From Stegostoma tigrinum (taxonomy: Eukaryota), in the NCBI RefSeq assembly GCF_030684315.1, contig NC_081357.1:126618808-126682807 (forward strand): a stretch of DNA of 64,000 nt, given 5' to 3'. This document shows positions 25,404-37,247 of the stretch, one piece after another (within the stretch, counting starts at the first letter, position 1; each line of letters opens with the position of its first letter). Below the pieces are notes generated by a model, which had not been told where the DNA came from, did not search any database, and saw nothing but the letters and a program-made list of their open reading frames with translations. Made by a program: the position numbers and the translations under genes.

Positions 25404-26082
25404 AAATCCTGATGAAAGGTCTAGGCCGGAAACATCAACTTTCTTGCTCCTCTGATGCTGCCTGGCCTGCTGAGTTCCTCCAGCCCCACATTGTGTTCCC
25501 TCTGATGCTGCCTGGCCTGCTGAGTTCCTCCAGCCCCACATTGTGTTCCCTCTGATGCTGCCTGGCCTGCTGAGTTCCTCCAGCCCCACATTGTGTTCCC
25601 TCTGATGCTGCCTGGCCTGCTGAGTTCCTCCAGCCCCACACTGTGTTCCCTCTGATGCTGCCTGGCCTGCTGAGTTCCTCCAGCCCCACACTGTGTTCCC
25701 TCTGATGCTGCCTGGCCTGCTGAGTTCCTCCAGCCCCACACTGTGTTCCCTCTGATGCTGCCTGGCCTGCTGAGTTCCTTCAGCCCCACATTGTGTTCCC
25801 TCTGATGCGGCCTGGCCTGCTGAGTTCCTCTAGCCCCACACTGTTCTCCCTCTGATGCTGCCTGGCCTGCTGAGTTCCTCCAGCCCCACACTGTGTTCCT
25901 TCTGATGCTGCCTGGCCGGCTGAGTTCCTCCAGCTCCACACTGTGTTCCCTCTGAAGCTGCCTGGCCTGCTGAGTTCCCCAGCTCCACACTGTGTTCCCT
26001 CTGATGCTGCCTGGCCTGCTGAGTTCCTCCAGCCCCACACTATATCGATTCTGACTCCAGCATCTCCAGTTCTTGCGATCTC
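25404..26082 (+). mobile_element. Family A hammerhead pLTR with internal tandem amplification
   Basis: CTGATGAaaggtctaggccgGAAACATC at 25409-25436, then the array, then the pLTR end ctccagcatctccagttc. Confidence 0.88.
25451..26040. repeat. 50-bp tandem array, 11 full units + 1 partial
   Basis: Unit tctgatgctgcctggcctgctgagttcctccagccccaca(t/c)tgtgttccc, near-identical copies. Confidence 0.97.
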
Positions 26083-26094
26083 TTTACTCACCAC

Positions 26095-26310
26095 AGTATT
26101 CTTTACTCAGAGAGTAGTAAGGGAATGGAACGCTTTGCCTACAACGGTAGTAGATTCGCCAACTTTAGGTACATTTAAGTCGTCATTGGATAAGCATATG
26201 GACGTACATGGAATAGTGTAAGTTAGATGGGCTTGAGATCGGTATGACAGGTTGGCACAACATTGAGGGCCGAAGGGCCTGTACTGTGCTGTAATGTTCT
26301 ATGTTCTATG
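26095..26310 (+). mobile_element. Young CR1 3' end
   Basis: FFTQRVVREWNALP...FKSSLDKHM; tail aatgttctatgttctat. Confidence 0.9.
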
Positions 26311-27420
26311 GTCTTAGCCTCTGATTTGTTTTAGTGTCCTCTGTGTTTATGTGATGAATCCAGCTGAATTTCTGGTCAATGGGTAATCCCAAGCGTGTTA
26401 GTAGTGGAGGATTCTGGGATGGTAATGCCATTGAATGTGGTAGATTTTATCTTATTGGAGATGCCATTGCATGGCTTTGTGTGGCGCAAATATTACTTGG
26501 CACTTGCTCGCAAGCTGGCGGTAGGGTGGGAATCCCCAGGCAGAGTTCGTCTTCTCTTGTTCTTTTTCTTTTTTCACTCCTTCCCTTTGCTCCCTTTTGT
26601 GCTTTCCTTCTTCTCTTCTCCGTTGTCAGACAGTTAGCCCAAGCCAGACACAAACGACCAGCCTCCTGGAGCAGAGCTTGGTGGGAGCGGCCTGGAGCGG
26701 AGTGTGGCAGCAGCCATTGGTCAGACCATATGAAAGCCCCTAGCACTGGTCTGCAGTGGAGAGCCCTTGGAGAGAGACTGTGAGGTTTGTCTTTCTAACT
26801 TTGCTTTTTGGTTTTGTGACCTATGGTTGTACTCTGTACAGCTGTAATGTAACTTTACTTCAAGATTTTTTTTCTGCAACTAAGGATTGTAACTACGTAC
26901 CTTGTACCTGAAATGGTGGTGGGTGTTGGTGATATTATTACTCTGTAACTGAAGAAGCTGTGCCTAGGGAACTTTGTATCTAAGGTGGTGCTTTAATTGG
27001 TGACTTATGTCCTCTTTACTGTAATCCTTTGAATACGTGACAATGAAGCTAATTATAATTCACTTGTCAATTCAATTGCTCAGCTTTTGTTGCATTTGAA
27101 CACAGACTGCATCAATATTTGAGGAGCAATGAATGGTGCTAGACTTTGTGCAATCATCAGCGACCATCCCCACCTCTGACCTTATGATGAAGTAGCTGAA
27201 GATGATTGGGCCTAGGACACTACCCTGAGGATCGCTTTGGGGATGTACTGGAGCTGAGATGGCTGACCTCCAATAACCGCAACCATTTTGCTATGTGCCA
27301 GGTAGGACTCCAAACAAATTTGCCCCCGGTACACATTGCTTTTGGTTTTGCTGGGGTTCCTCAATGCCACACCCAGTGGAATGAAGCTTTGATGTCAAAG
27401 GCAATCACTCTCACCTCACC
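26311..27420 (-). mobile_element. Degenerate LINE RT fragments (CR1/L2 group) split by a later insertion
   Basis: Minus-strand remnants VALDIKASFHWVWH and VPK..LR(G)VVS.AQ/MVADDC at 27100-27420; continues at 26311-26515. Confidence 0.55.
26516..27061 (+). mobile_element. Non-coding element with Rex1-like tail
   Basis: GC-rich start, pyrimidine tract, ends tacgtgacaatgaagctaattataattc; interrupts an older LINE. Confidence 0.55.
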
Positions 27421-27810
27421 TGTGGAGAAGCTCAGCAGGTCTGTCAAAATCTGTGGAGAGAAAAGCAGAATTAAATTTTTGACTCCAGAAATTCTACTTT
27501 GGGACAGCTAGGACTTTTGGGAATCAAGTTTGGAAACACGCAAAAGACTGTAGAAATTTTGGAAACTTCCTCTACAAATGGTAGTTGATTCTGGGTTTGA
27601 TGTCTGAGATGAATAATTTCAGTTATCCAAAATTATCAATGGGTATAGATCAAAGATAGGGGATAGGTCACAGATCAGTCTTGGTCACATTGAATGGTGC
27701 AACTAGCTTATGGAGAGGATAGGTTGCAGGCTAAATAGATATTATAGATCCAAGATGGCAACAGAGTAGGATGCTCCAGACAGAGTGCATCTGCCCCAAC
27801 TGTTCCTTTT

Positions 27811-27894
27811 CAGACAGTCACCTGAGGGTAGAATTGAACCCAGGTCCCTGGCACTGTGAGGCAGCAGTGCTAACCACTGAGACACCATGCCACC
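27811..27894 (-). mobile_element. HE1/V-SINE 5' fragment
   Basis: Minus strand ggtggcatggtgtctcagtggttagcactgctgcctcacag...gggttcaattc. Confidence 0.85.
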
Positions 27895-28996
27895 TTGACT
27901 GGCTAGCAAAATCACTGATATAATTATTTTGGAGTTAACAAGATGGTGATGCCTATTCTGTGGCTTCAATAATTCACAAAAATCCTCCCCCTCTTGCACC
28001 GATTTCTCTAGAGTCGTGGGCATCACATATTCCAGGTCAAGGGGCTACTCCCTTAACACAACACTCAGGAATCGGTCCTCCAGTACACTATGAAACAAAT
28101 ATCTATGAGAAGAGTAATACTGGGCTTAATGGCTTAATGCATAACTTCAGTGCAATCACACACAGTAACCACTTTCCTGTGCACCAATTTTGGCAGCAAA
28201 TGACAAATAATCAAGAACTGAAAGCCATGACAAAGCTCAGAAATATTTCTCATCACAGTCAATGATATCACTAGTTTTCAAACTGAGGGGATGGTCAGGG
28301 TTCAATGGCCTCAAACTAACAGGAGCAGTATTTTCCCTCAGGGGTTTTGTTGACATTCATTGCAGGGACATTTGGTCTCTACATATTGAATTAATTCACT
28401 GCTGTAGCACCAGCTCATGAAATATTAAAATGGATTACATATACAAATCGATAAACAGAAATAGATGCATGCAGCAGTATGTTAATGCAGTAGGAATTTA
28501 CCTGGATGTCAAAATACATCGATTGTCATTTAAAGCAAAGTATCACTTTAAGCGCATTGCCACAAGTCAAGAATAATTCCAAAAGTTGAATTATTACTGC
28601 AAATTATTTCCCAGCATATAAATACTCTTATCTAATTAGCATAGCCATCCAGTGCGCCTCATAAATTTCTATCAATCGGGTGGCACTAATTTGATATACA
28701 GTGACATTAGCTCTTTGGCTAACTCTTCAATCATTCAATGAGAGCAATTCATTCTACTACCTGGGCTCTTGTTGAGTTATCAGTACTTCATTGCAGTCCA
28801 CTATGCCAATTTAGAGTTGTAAATCTGGCAAATCTTATTGATGTAAATAGGTGGAGACCAATTAGGTTAGATTTCTCCTTGCCTTTTGCCTTGCACTCAT
28901 TTCCACAGAATAAAATACCCTTAATGGGCAGTTATTTGATTTAAGCTTCAGTCTGGCCTGTGCTTCAAAATGCCAACGTGAGCTGCATTCTCGAAC

Positions 28997-29270
28997 GTAG
29001 AACAGCGCGGCACAGGAACAGGTGCTTTGGCCACGATGTTGTGCAGAATATGACACCAAGTTAAACTAATTGCTTTTTCTTGCCAACAGCCAATGTCCCT
29101 CCAGCCCTTGCTTTTTAATGTGCTTATCTAAAAGCCCCTTATGCCTCTATTGTATCTGCTGCCACCACTAACCCTGGAAGTGCATCCCAGGCAACTAACA
29201 CTCTCTGTGTAAAAATCTTGCCCTTCACATCTCCTTTGAACTTTCACTCTCTTACCTTAAATGCTTGTCC
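28997..29270 (-). mobile_element. CR1 3' end, degenerate
   Basis: tagaacagcgcggcacaggaacagg tail; resembles other CR1 ends. Confidence 0.7.
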
Positions 29271-29329
29271 CAGTATGTCACTAAAGTTATGTCACTAACA
29301 TGCAGGTACGACTAACTCATGTCTGAGCA

Positions 29330-29463
29330 GAGGTAACACAGTGTGGAGCTGGTGGAGCGCAGCAGGCCAGGCAATTTTGGAGGAGCAGGAGAGTTGACGT
29401 TTTGGGTCGGGACCCTTCTTAAGAAATCTGTGTGTTCTCTTTGACTCCAGTAGTTCTTACTAT
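29330..29463. mobile_element. Family A pLTR element (minus arm + short plus arm)
   Basis: 14-bp TSD ctcat(g/t)tctgagca at 29316-29329 and 29464-29477; decayed minus-strand hammerhead. Confidence 0.8.
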
Positions 29464-29499
29464 CTCATTTCTGAGCAAGTTGTTTAATGACAATTTTAG

Positions 29500-29595
29500 A
29501 GTGTCTTGTGGTGCAGTGGTAGCATCCATACCTCTGGGTCAGAAGGTCTGACTCCAGAGGTGTGTAATTACATGCCTGGGCAGGTTGATTAGAAT
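29500..29595 (+). mobile_element. tRNA-derived SINE head fragment
   Basis: A-box tgtggtgcagtggtagcatcc. Confidence 0.5.
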
Positions 29596-30574
29596 ACCTT
29601 ACTTTTAGCCCATCGGTGATGTTTATACTTACAACATGTTCAACTTTGTAACAGTCTGGTTATTGATTATAGTTAACGTTGGAAATAAAATTGGGAGGAA
29701 TATAAAAAGGGCTTCTGAAATGCTGCCAGTTTTATACTGTGATAAAAATCCTCAACATCTCCTCTTGATAGTATCCCTTCAATTTCTTTCAGCAATTTTT
29801 CACCCACACGTAACTATTTTTTATTGCTACATACTTACATGCCTTTATAGACGATGCTAGTGTACTGTACATAGCAACACACTATTATTATTTCTGTCAG
29901 CGATGCACTTGTTTCAGTCGATATATGAGTCTATGAACATACAAATTATATTGAGACAAAGGTTGTTTGGCCCCCTGAGCCTGCTGTGCGATTTGCTAAA
30001 TGCATGGCTGATCTGATGTGTCCTCAATTGAATTTTCCTGCCTGTCCCCGAGACCCAGACATTTTGGAATCTGTTGACTCAGCGCAGCTAGTATGAGACA
30101 CTTCTTTTTTTATTTTTTGCATGGGAAACTGACCTTTCCCCCACATAGTTCAATTTCTACAGCAATTTAATTTTCGTTAGCATAGCATAATGTTGCTAAT
30201 AACCATTCATATGGGAAAGGATAAGCACATCGTTTCAGGATTGCTTGTAACATTTTAGTATTTGGAATTTAACTGCAAGGACAGAGTTATGTTAAATGTA
30301 TTTTAGCCAATTCGTGACTGTTTTTCTTAAAATTGTAAGGTTGTCTTGAGCCTTGTGTTTTAGAAATAACCATTCTCTAACAGCAGGCAAAGCAGCCTTG
30401 AGATGCACACCTAATCCTGCAGCTCTTCTCCCCATTTCCGGACATACATCCCTATTGTTGTGAAGTCTGCTGCATTGATATGGCTGGATTTATGAATAAC
30501 CTAATCCATCAAATGTTATCACTCTGTGCATTGGATAGATGCAAAATACTCTGAACCTATCTAATGCCCTGATC

Positions 30575-30612
30575 TGTGTGTGTGTGTGCACGTGCGCGCA
30601 AAAGTGTGTGGG
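30575..30612. repeat. (TG)n microsatellite
   Basis: tgtgtgtgtgtgtgcacgtgcgcgc. Confidence 0.8.
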
Positions 30613-33094
30613 TGGGAATGTCTGGGCTGAGTATCAATGCTACGGTCTCTTTAATGTTTAAGTCAAATGCATGATGTTTTGATCGGGGGAAAGAGGAACT
30701 ATCGAATTTTAACCTCCATCAGCTGATTATTACACGAATGTTCATGGGCTAAAATATTTTCAGTATAAAAAGCTAAAGTGGGCATTAACTGGCGTCAGTG
30801 GTCACCTAACCTCCTTGTGAGGCAGATGCGGATCAAACAAAACCATCTACATTCACGTTGTACCCAGAGACGTCAAAACCAAGCAACTGAGTCACCCTCA
30901 AGGACATCACCTCCAATTTGACAGCAAGAGAGGAAGCAGCAGGGGATAAATCGAGGCCCAGAATCAGGGAGCCAGAACTTCAACACAGGCAGCAGAGGAA
31001 AAGTGAAAGTCAGGACTAATATATTATGTAATATAAGGAGATGAAGTAGTGTAAGGGAAGTAAATATAAGCAAACCATGTTTAGGATTTTGAAAGTAAGA
31101 CTAAATAAGTTTACATTTAAGATATAGCAGCACAGGTTGGTCAAGTGGAATGTGTGGCCTGTAATATTTGTAAAGTCAAAAACTGTACCAAGGCCTTAGA
31201 TGGCCACATGTGTAAGAAGTGCTCCCAGCTGCTGAAACTTGAGCTCTGGGGTTCAGAGGGTGAGAAGAGGCTGGGGTCAATATGACATCCATGAGGCTGA
31301 GTGCTTGGTGGATGCTATGTTCAGAGAGCTGGCCCTTACAGCTTCAAAGCCTGCAAGAAGGAAGGGAAGTAGTGACTGGCAAGCTGTCCAAGAAAAACAG
31401 ACAGATAATGCAGGAATCCCACTCACACATTGGTTTGCTAATCTGGAAGCTGATTTGGGAATGCAGTCGGAGCATATTTGTGGCATTGCGAATGGCCCAT
31501 CTGTTCAGAAATAGCGGAAGATGGAAGGAGAAGTGACAGTGACAGGATATTCCTTAGTTAGGGGACAGATAGTTGTTTTTATGGTTGTAAATGTGTCTCC
31601 CGGATGGTGTGCTGCCTCCCTGGTTTCAGGATCAAGGCTGTCACAGAGCAGCTTCAGCATATTCATTTGGGGCACAGTGAACAGTGAAAGATCATAATCC
31701 ACATTGGTACCAATATCTTAGGGGCATGAGCTCCTGTAATCATAATCTAGGGAACTAAGTAGAATGTTGTCAAGTAGTAGTCCAATTGTAGTAATATCCA
31801 GATTACTCCAGTCCAACTTGTAAGTGAGGAGAGAAATATAAGGGTAATGCAGATGAATGCTTGGCTGGAAGGAGTATTGCAGGAGGGGGAGCTTTAGATT
31901 TCTGGGACTTTGGGACAGCCTCTGCCCCAGATGGCACCAGTACAAAACAGATGGATTGCATCTGAACTGAGTTCCTCGCAGTATGTTTTGTTTATGCTGT
32001 TGAGAGGGCTTTAACTGAAACTGTCAGGGATCTGGGGATAAAGAGAGAATAGTGGAGGAGGAGACTAGGGTGCACAAAAAAATAGATACAATCGGCACTA
32101 ACATAGACACTAGCAAGCTAATAAATGCATTGGGCGTAAGGATGAAAGTAATTTCGTCTAAATCATAGTTTGTATGTACGTATGTATGTGAATTCACAGA
32201 GTATAGCAAATAAGATTGGGAAGATACAAACAAAGATTAACTTGTGGAAATGTGATGTTATATTGATAAGTATCTGGCTCAAGGAAGGACAAGTCTGGGT
32301 GTTATATATTCCTGGGTATAATTTGTTCAGGAAAGATGGAAAAAGAAGCAAAGGAGAGAAGGAAGTAGTATTGATTAAGGATAGCATTATAGGGCCGCAG
32401 AAAGGGAATGTTTCAGTGGGTTCAAACACAGAATCAATTTGATTAGAGCTAACTACCAAAAATGTACAGTTACATAACTAAGTGTATGGGCCATCAGCTA
32501 GTGACAAAGATGTAGAACAACAAGTATTTGGGGAAGTGAAAGGGAGATACCAACACTGGAGAGTAGTTATGATGGGAAACTTCATTTACCCAAGTATTGA
32601 CTGTGATGCTGCCAACATAAGGAACAGTGAGGGGTCAGTGTAACAACCTTGTGTTCAGGTGAGTTCCCACCATGTGTCTAGTCTAACAGCAAAGAATGAA
32701 CTGTTGGACTGGTGTCTTGGGCCGAATGTCAGTACGGTGGTGGTGATCATTGTATAGTAACTTTATTGTACATAGTGGGGAATGATAAGCATCAATCCAG
32801 CATATGAAAGATCAATGGCAGAGAGCTGGCAAGGGGCAAGGACAGAGCTGGGCAGGATTGATTGGAAGGAGGGTTTGGAGGAAGAACTATAAGCAAACTG
32901 TGGTCTAGGTTCAAAGAGGGGATGGTTCCGGAACAGTTGAGATATAATGCCTTAAATGAGAAAGGTAACATGAAAAATTCTAGAGCTTCTTGGATAACAA
33001 ATGAAGTAGAAATTAAGATAAAGAATAAAAATTGTGCATATTACGGGCATTGTGTGAGAAGTACTGAAGCAGCAAATTACTGCAGCTGCTGAAA

Positions 33095-33243
33095 AATGTA
33101 CTGAAGGTGAAAATGCTGGAAATTACCGTTGGCCAGACCTCAGCTGTTCTGATGAAGTCATCTAGACTTGAAACATTAGCTTCCTCTCTCTCCATGGATA
33201 CTGCTTAATCCTGCTATGACTTCCAGTATTTTTTTTGCTTTCA
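33095..33243. mobile_element. Hammerhead pLTR element, family D
   Basis: CTGATGA-AGTC-atcta-GACTT-GAAAC-ATT at 33149-33177, with a short inverted arm upstream. Confidence 0.7.
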
Positions 33244-33571
33244 AGAAGACACAGAAGGCTCAGAGGGGAGGTAAGGAAGCAAATAATAGAAGTAGAGAGG
33301 AATTATGAAGAAAGACTTGCAGCTAGCATAAGGGATGCCCCAAAGTCTTCTATACATACATAAATTGTATAAAGACTAGTAAACAGAGGAGTAGGGTGTT
33401 TTAAATAATACTTTAAATCTGTCTTAACCAAAAGGAAGATGCTACCCAGGCCATGGTCACTGAGAAAGACAATCTGTCACTGAAAGCATTCAAAGTTAGT
33501 GAGGGACAAGTGTTAGATAGACTGTTAAAGTTGGCAAGGCTCTGTGATTTGGTGAGATGCATACAAAGATG

Positions 33572-33880
33572 TTTTCTTTTTGTTTAACAGAGTGTTCGGG
33601 TGTCTCTGGCTGGGTCAGTATTAATTGCCCATTCCTAGTTTTCCTTGAGAAGGTGATGGTGAGTTGCCATCTTTAACCACTACTGTCCATATACTGTAGG
33701 TAGACACACAATGTTGATGAGGACGGAATTCCTGAATTTTGACCCAATGACGCTGAAGGAACGGTGATATATTCCCAAGTGAAGATGTTGAATGATTTGG
33801 AGGGAACTTGCTGGTGCTGGTGTTCGCATATATCGGCTGCCCTTGTCTTTCTAGTTTGAACTGTTTGTGGAGAAAGCTTG
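33572..33880 (-). mobile_element. 3' end of the LINE family at 22345-23578, inserted in CR1
   Basis: The reverse complement matches about 23290-23575 (ctagaaagacaagggcagc..., aagttccctccaa...). Confidence 0.75.
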
Positions 33881-35959
33881 AGGTGAGTCATCTCAGTCAG
33901 AAGAACACTTAAAGACAATTTCAAATAGGGGTGCAATTCTAAACGGGGTGCGGGAGTAAAAGGGCTGGGACGTATCTGAGCACAGATCACTAAAGGTAAC
34001 AGGACGCATTGAGAACAATTAGTACAGAGTATCGCGTCCTCAGCTTCATTAATTGGGGTGTAGAGTAGAAAAACAAGGCAGTGACATTGAATGTGCATGA
34101 GATGCTTGATGGATGTCATTGTGTACAATTCTAGATGCCATATTATTCAAAGGATTTGAATGCATTGGAGAGAGTGCAAGATTAGTTCCAGTGATGAAGA
34201 ATTTCAGTTATGAGGTTAGATTAAAAGAATTGGGACTGCTGTCCTTGTAGAGATGAAGGCATAAAGGTAATCTGATAGAGGTTTTCAAATCTTGAGGCTG
34301 CTAGATTGAAAGGGTAGGACAAAAGTACTCCTACTCATAGAGGATTAAGAATCAAAAGGCGCAAATTTAGCAATTTGCAAAAGAAGCCAGTACAAAGTGA
34401 AAAAAACATTTTCACTCAGTGATTACTTTGGGCCTGAAATGTTCTGACTGACTGTGTGGTGCAGGCAGAATTAATTGAAGCACACAAGAGGGCATTCGAT
34501 GATTATTTTGATAGACACAGTGCATCGAGTTTTGGGGAAAGAAGAGCAGGAAATTGGCAGTTGGTAACGATGCCCCTTTGAAGAACCAGAGCAGACACGA
34601 TGGGCCAAATTACATCCTTCTGCACTGTAATGCTCTGATTCTGTGAAGGAATGCTTGTCTCCAGTTTACTTCATATCTGTATAATTTCACACATCGAGAT
34701 GTGTTCGGCTTCTCTATCAATTCAGTAGCTTGAAAAGACAATGAAGCATGGCTGAGGAATACACACTGAAATATAATTCAGTAGATACCTTTGAGCAGCA
34801 GAGCAGACCGAAGGGAAAATGAACTTGACAGCAGGAACTGATTTCACTTGCCCTGACTATTTCTCTCATCAGTTCAGAACATTGCATCTAGTGAGAAAGG
34901 AAATTGGGAGATTCATTGAGACCTCAAAATATTTACTGATTCCCCTCCTGCTGAGTGTACAGATTGCCCTATTAAGTAACTGTGGTCTCACGTTAAGGAC
35001 CTAACTTAAGGACTCTAAGGATTGTTCAGTTGCATAATCTTTACTTTTCCTGTCTGTACTGGACGCTGTCCCTTTTAAACTTATTACTTGTGATTCTATG
35101 TATGTTTAATGTTGCATTTAAAAAAAATGTGGGATTATTAACCATTTTTCTCTTTCTAATGATCTCAATTAATGTTGTTACTGAGCAAGTCAGACCCCAG
35201 GCTGTAGTGTGACTTGATAGATCATATTTTGGTTTATGTACTGATTTTAACAAAACAGTCATTCACCACTATACAAATGTGCAATTTAGTTTTACACATA
35301 AAAGAGAAATTTATTGAGTAAACAAAATGAAGATAAAATAGAGTAAACCAAGCTATTTACATATAACAAAAATTTAAAGATTGCACAGTGCATAGTAAAG
35401 TATAATGCCATTAAATCCAAAAGCACATTTTTATAACACACACACACCAGTGAGAATTCCCTTCTGTTCCACATCTCTACAGCCTAATTAACTCATGTCT
35501 TCACTTCCCCCTCTTGAGAATCTGATAGCTCTTTCTTTGATTCATCATATAACTCAGCATAAACTTTCTCAGCTCTACTGATCCACTTCAGGGTTTCAAC
35601 CAATCACTTCTAGACTTGAGCTTCTAAACTAAACTCTTTGCCCCGATCACATTTTCTGTGGGACATCCATTTCTTGCAGATTATCATTGTAACGTTAATT
35701 CAGGAAAATTGTGATGGTTTTCTATTGCATCTGCTGGCTAATCCTACATCTGAATTCACATGGGATCGTGTAGAAATGTCACACAATACTAAATATATGA
35801 GGAAGACTGAGGCACCTGTGTACTTTAGTTTGATAGAATGCAAGTATCCCTCTTGCTTTTGGAATAGGTAATTCACTTAATGGAGTTCAATAAAGAATAT
35901 CAGGTTGCAGAAGTGACTTATGGGAGTGGTTCCAGGAAAGAGAAAGTTCAATCCTGAGG

Positions 35960-36335
35960 ATAGATTGAAGAAGCTGAGAGGAGGTTCAATAGATTTATAA
36001 AAATCATGAGTGTCCTGTATACAGTAGAGAGCATGAAGCTGTTACTGCTTCTACAAGGGACAAAAACAAGAGGGCATGGATTCAAAGCAATGTACAAAAG
36101 AAGCAAGGGTGATGTGAGAAAAAAAATCAGTGAGTTAGTTGGGTTCTGGAATGCACAGCGTGGAAATGTGGTGGAGACAGGGTTAATTGGGGCATTCAAG
36201 AGGGAATGGATGTTTATTTAGATAGAAATTGTGCGCATGCATTTGGAGATAAAGCAGGAGATTGGCTTTGGGCATTGATGCGTGTTTGAAGAGCTAGCTC
36301 AGGCATGGTTGGCCAAATGGCTGCACTGTAACTAT
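35960..36335 (+). mobile_element. CR1 3' fragment
   Basis: TKTRGHGFK...GFWNA. Confidence 0.75.
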
Positions 36336-36407
36336 TCGGAGACTCTGGGATACTCTGCGATAATAGAAAGAGAAATGATTTCCACTGGAGGGGCATGAAT
36401 TCTCTCA

Positions 36408-36614
36408 CAAAAACAGAAACTTCAGGAGAAACTCTGCAGGACTGTCAGCATCTGTGGAGAGAAAGCAGAGTTAACATTTTATGTCCGGTGACCCTTCAGT
36501 TCTGAATTCAATTCATTCTACACATTCATTCTGCTGCCAGAGCTGTTGTGTTTCTCCAGTAATTTTTGTTTTTGTTTCAGATTTCCAGCATCTGTAATTC
36601 TGCGTTTTATTTTT
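36408..36614. mobile_element. Palindromic family B element (decayed)
   Basis: Inverted arms; partial hammerhead gtccggtgacccttc. Confidence 0.75.
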
Positions 36615-37168
36615 GCGCTACCTCCCAATTTTTGTCTAAGTGTACTGTTTTTACAATTAACAGGAACTGAGATCTACAAGAGGTAATCACTGGGAGCCTT
36701 AGTGAAAGAAAATGCATGATTACAAAATGTATGAATCCATGCAAGAATAGACTTATGGCGCTTTTGCAGTTCACTGGGACCTCCCATGTATTTCCCTTTG
36801 TTGGCCTGGTGGATTAGAAGGGAATCTACCATTATGCCAGGTAGCTCTGAGGAGTGACCAGGAGCAGTATTGGCAGACATTTGATGAATGGGGTGCAAGT
36901 TAAAGTCATTGGGGAATGCGATGCTGAATTAATGTTGCACAAAGTTAAAGTTAAGATAAAGTCCTCTGAGCCTGATCTGACCTCTGAGTAACATTGTAGT
37001 TAAGGACTTGAATTTCTATAACTGATGTTAGGGCTGCTGGTGGTGAAGTTGTGGTTGGAAAAGTCTATTGTTAATTTCTGTATGTATATTCTGAACCCCT
37101 TGAGTATTGCAACACAATGAAATATACAATTAATCGTATCAGTGGTTCTGATGAGACTGCCGATTCAA

Positions 37169-37247
37169 CAGTAAAAACCAAAAGAACTGCGGATGCCGTA
37201 AATCAGGAACAAAAACAGGAGCTTCTCCAGAAAGTTTGTTTTTGTTC
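37169..37247. mobile_element. Mini family B palindrome lacking the hammerhead
   Basis: 9-bp TSD ccgattcaa (37160-37168, 37248-37256); arms ggaacaaaaaca / tgtttttgttcc. Confidence 0.75.

Larger units (their letters stand above)
31080..34645 (+). mobile_element. Old near-full-length CR1 (ORF1 zinc finger/SGNH esterase, ORF2 EN and RT remnants, internal deletions)
   Basis: Cys cluster near 31150-31225; G(Y/D)SLV.GTD...RMVCCLPG esterase remnant at 31545-31625; YVNSQSIANKI..WLKEG..IPGYNLFRKD; 3' tail at about 34630. Confidence 0.82.

Noticed and set aside
25451-26040. CRISPR-like regular array
   Set aside because: Units are contiguous near-identical repeats with no unique spacers; the context is eukaryotic and the unit derives from a Penelope pLTR.
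25320-26094. Repetitive ORFs up to 205 aa
   Set aside because: Translation of the 50-bp tandem array.
37148-37170. CTGATGAgactgccg as a hammerhead
   Set aside because: No stem II followed by GAAA; chance heptamer.
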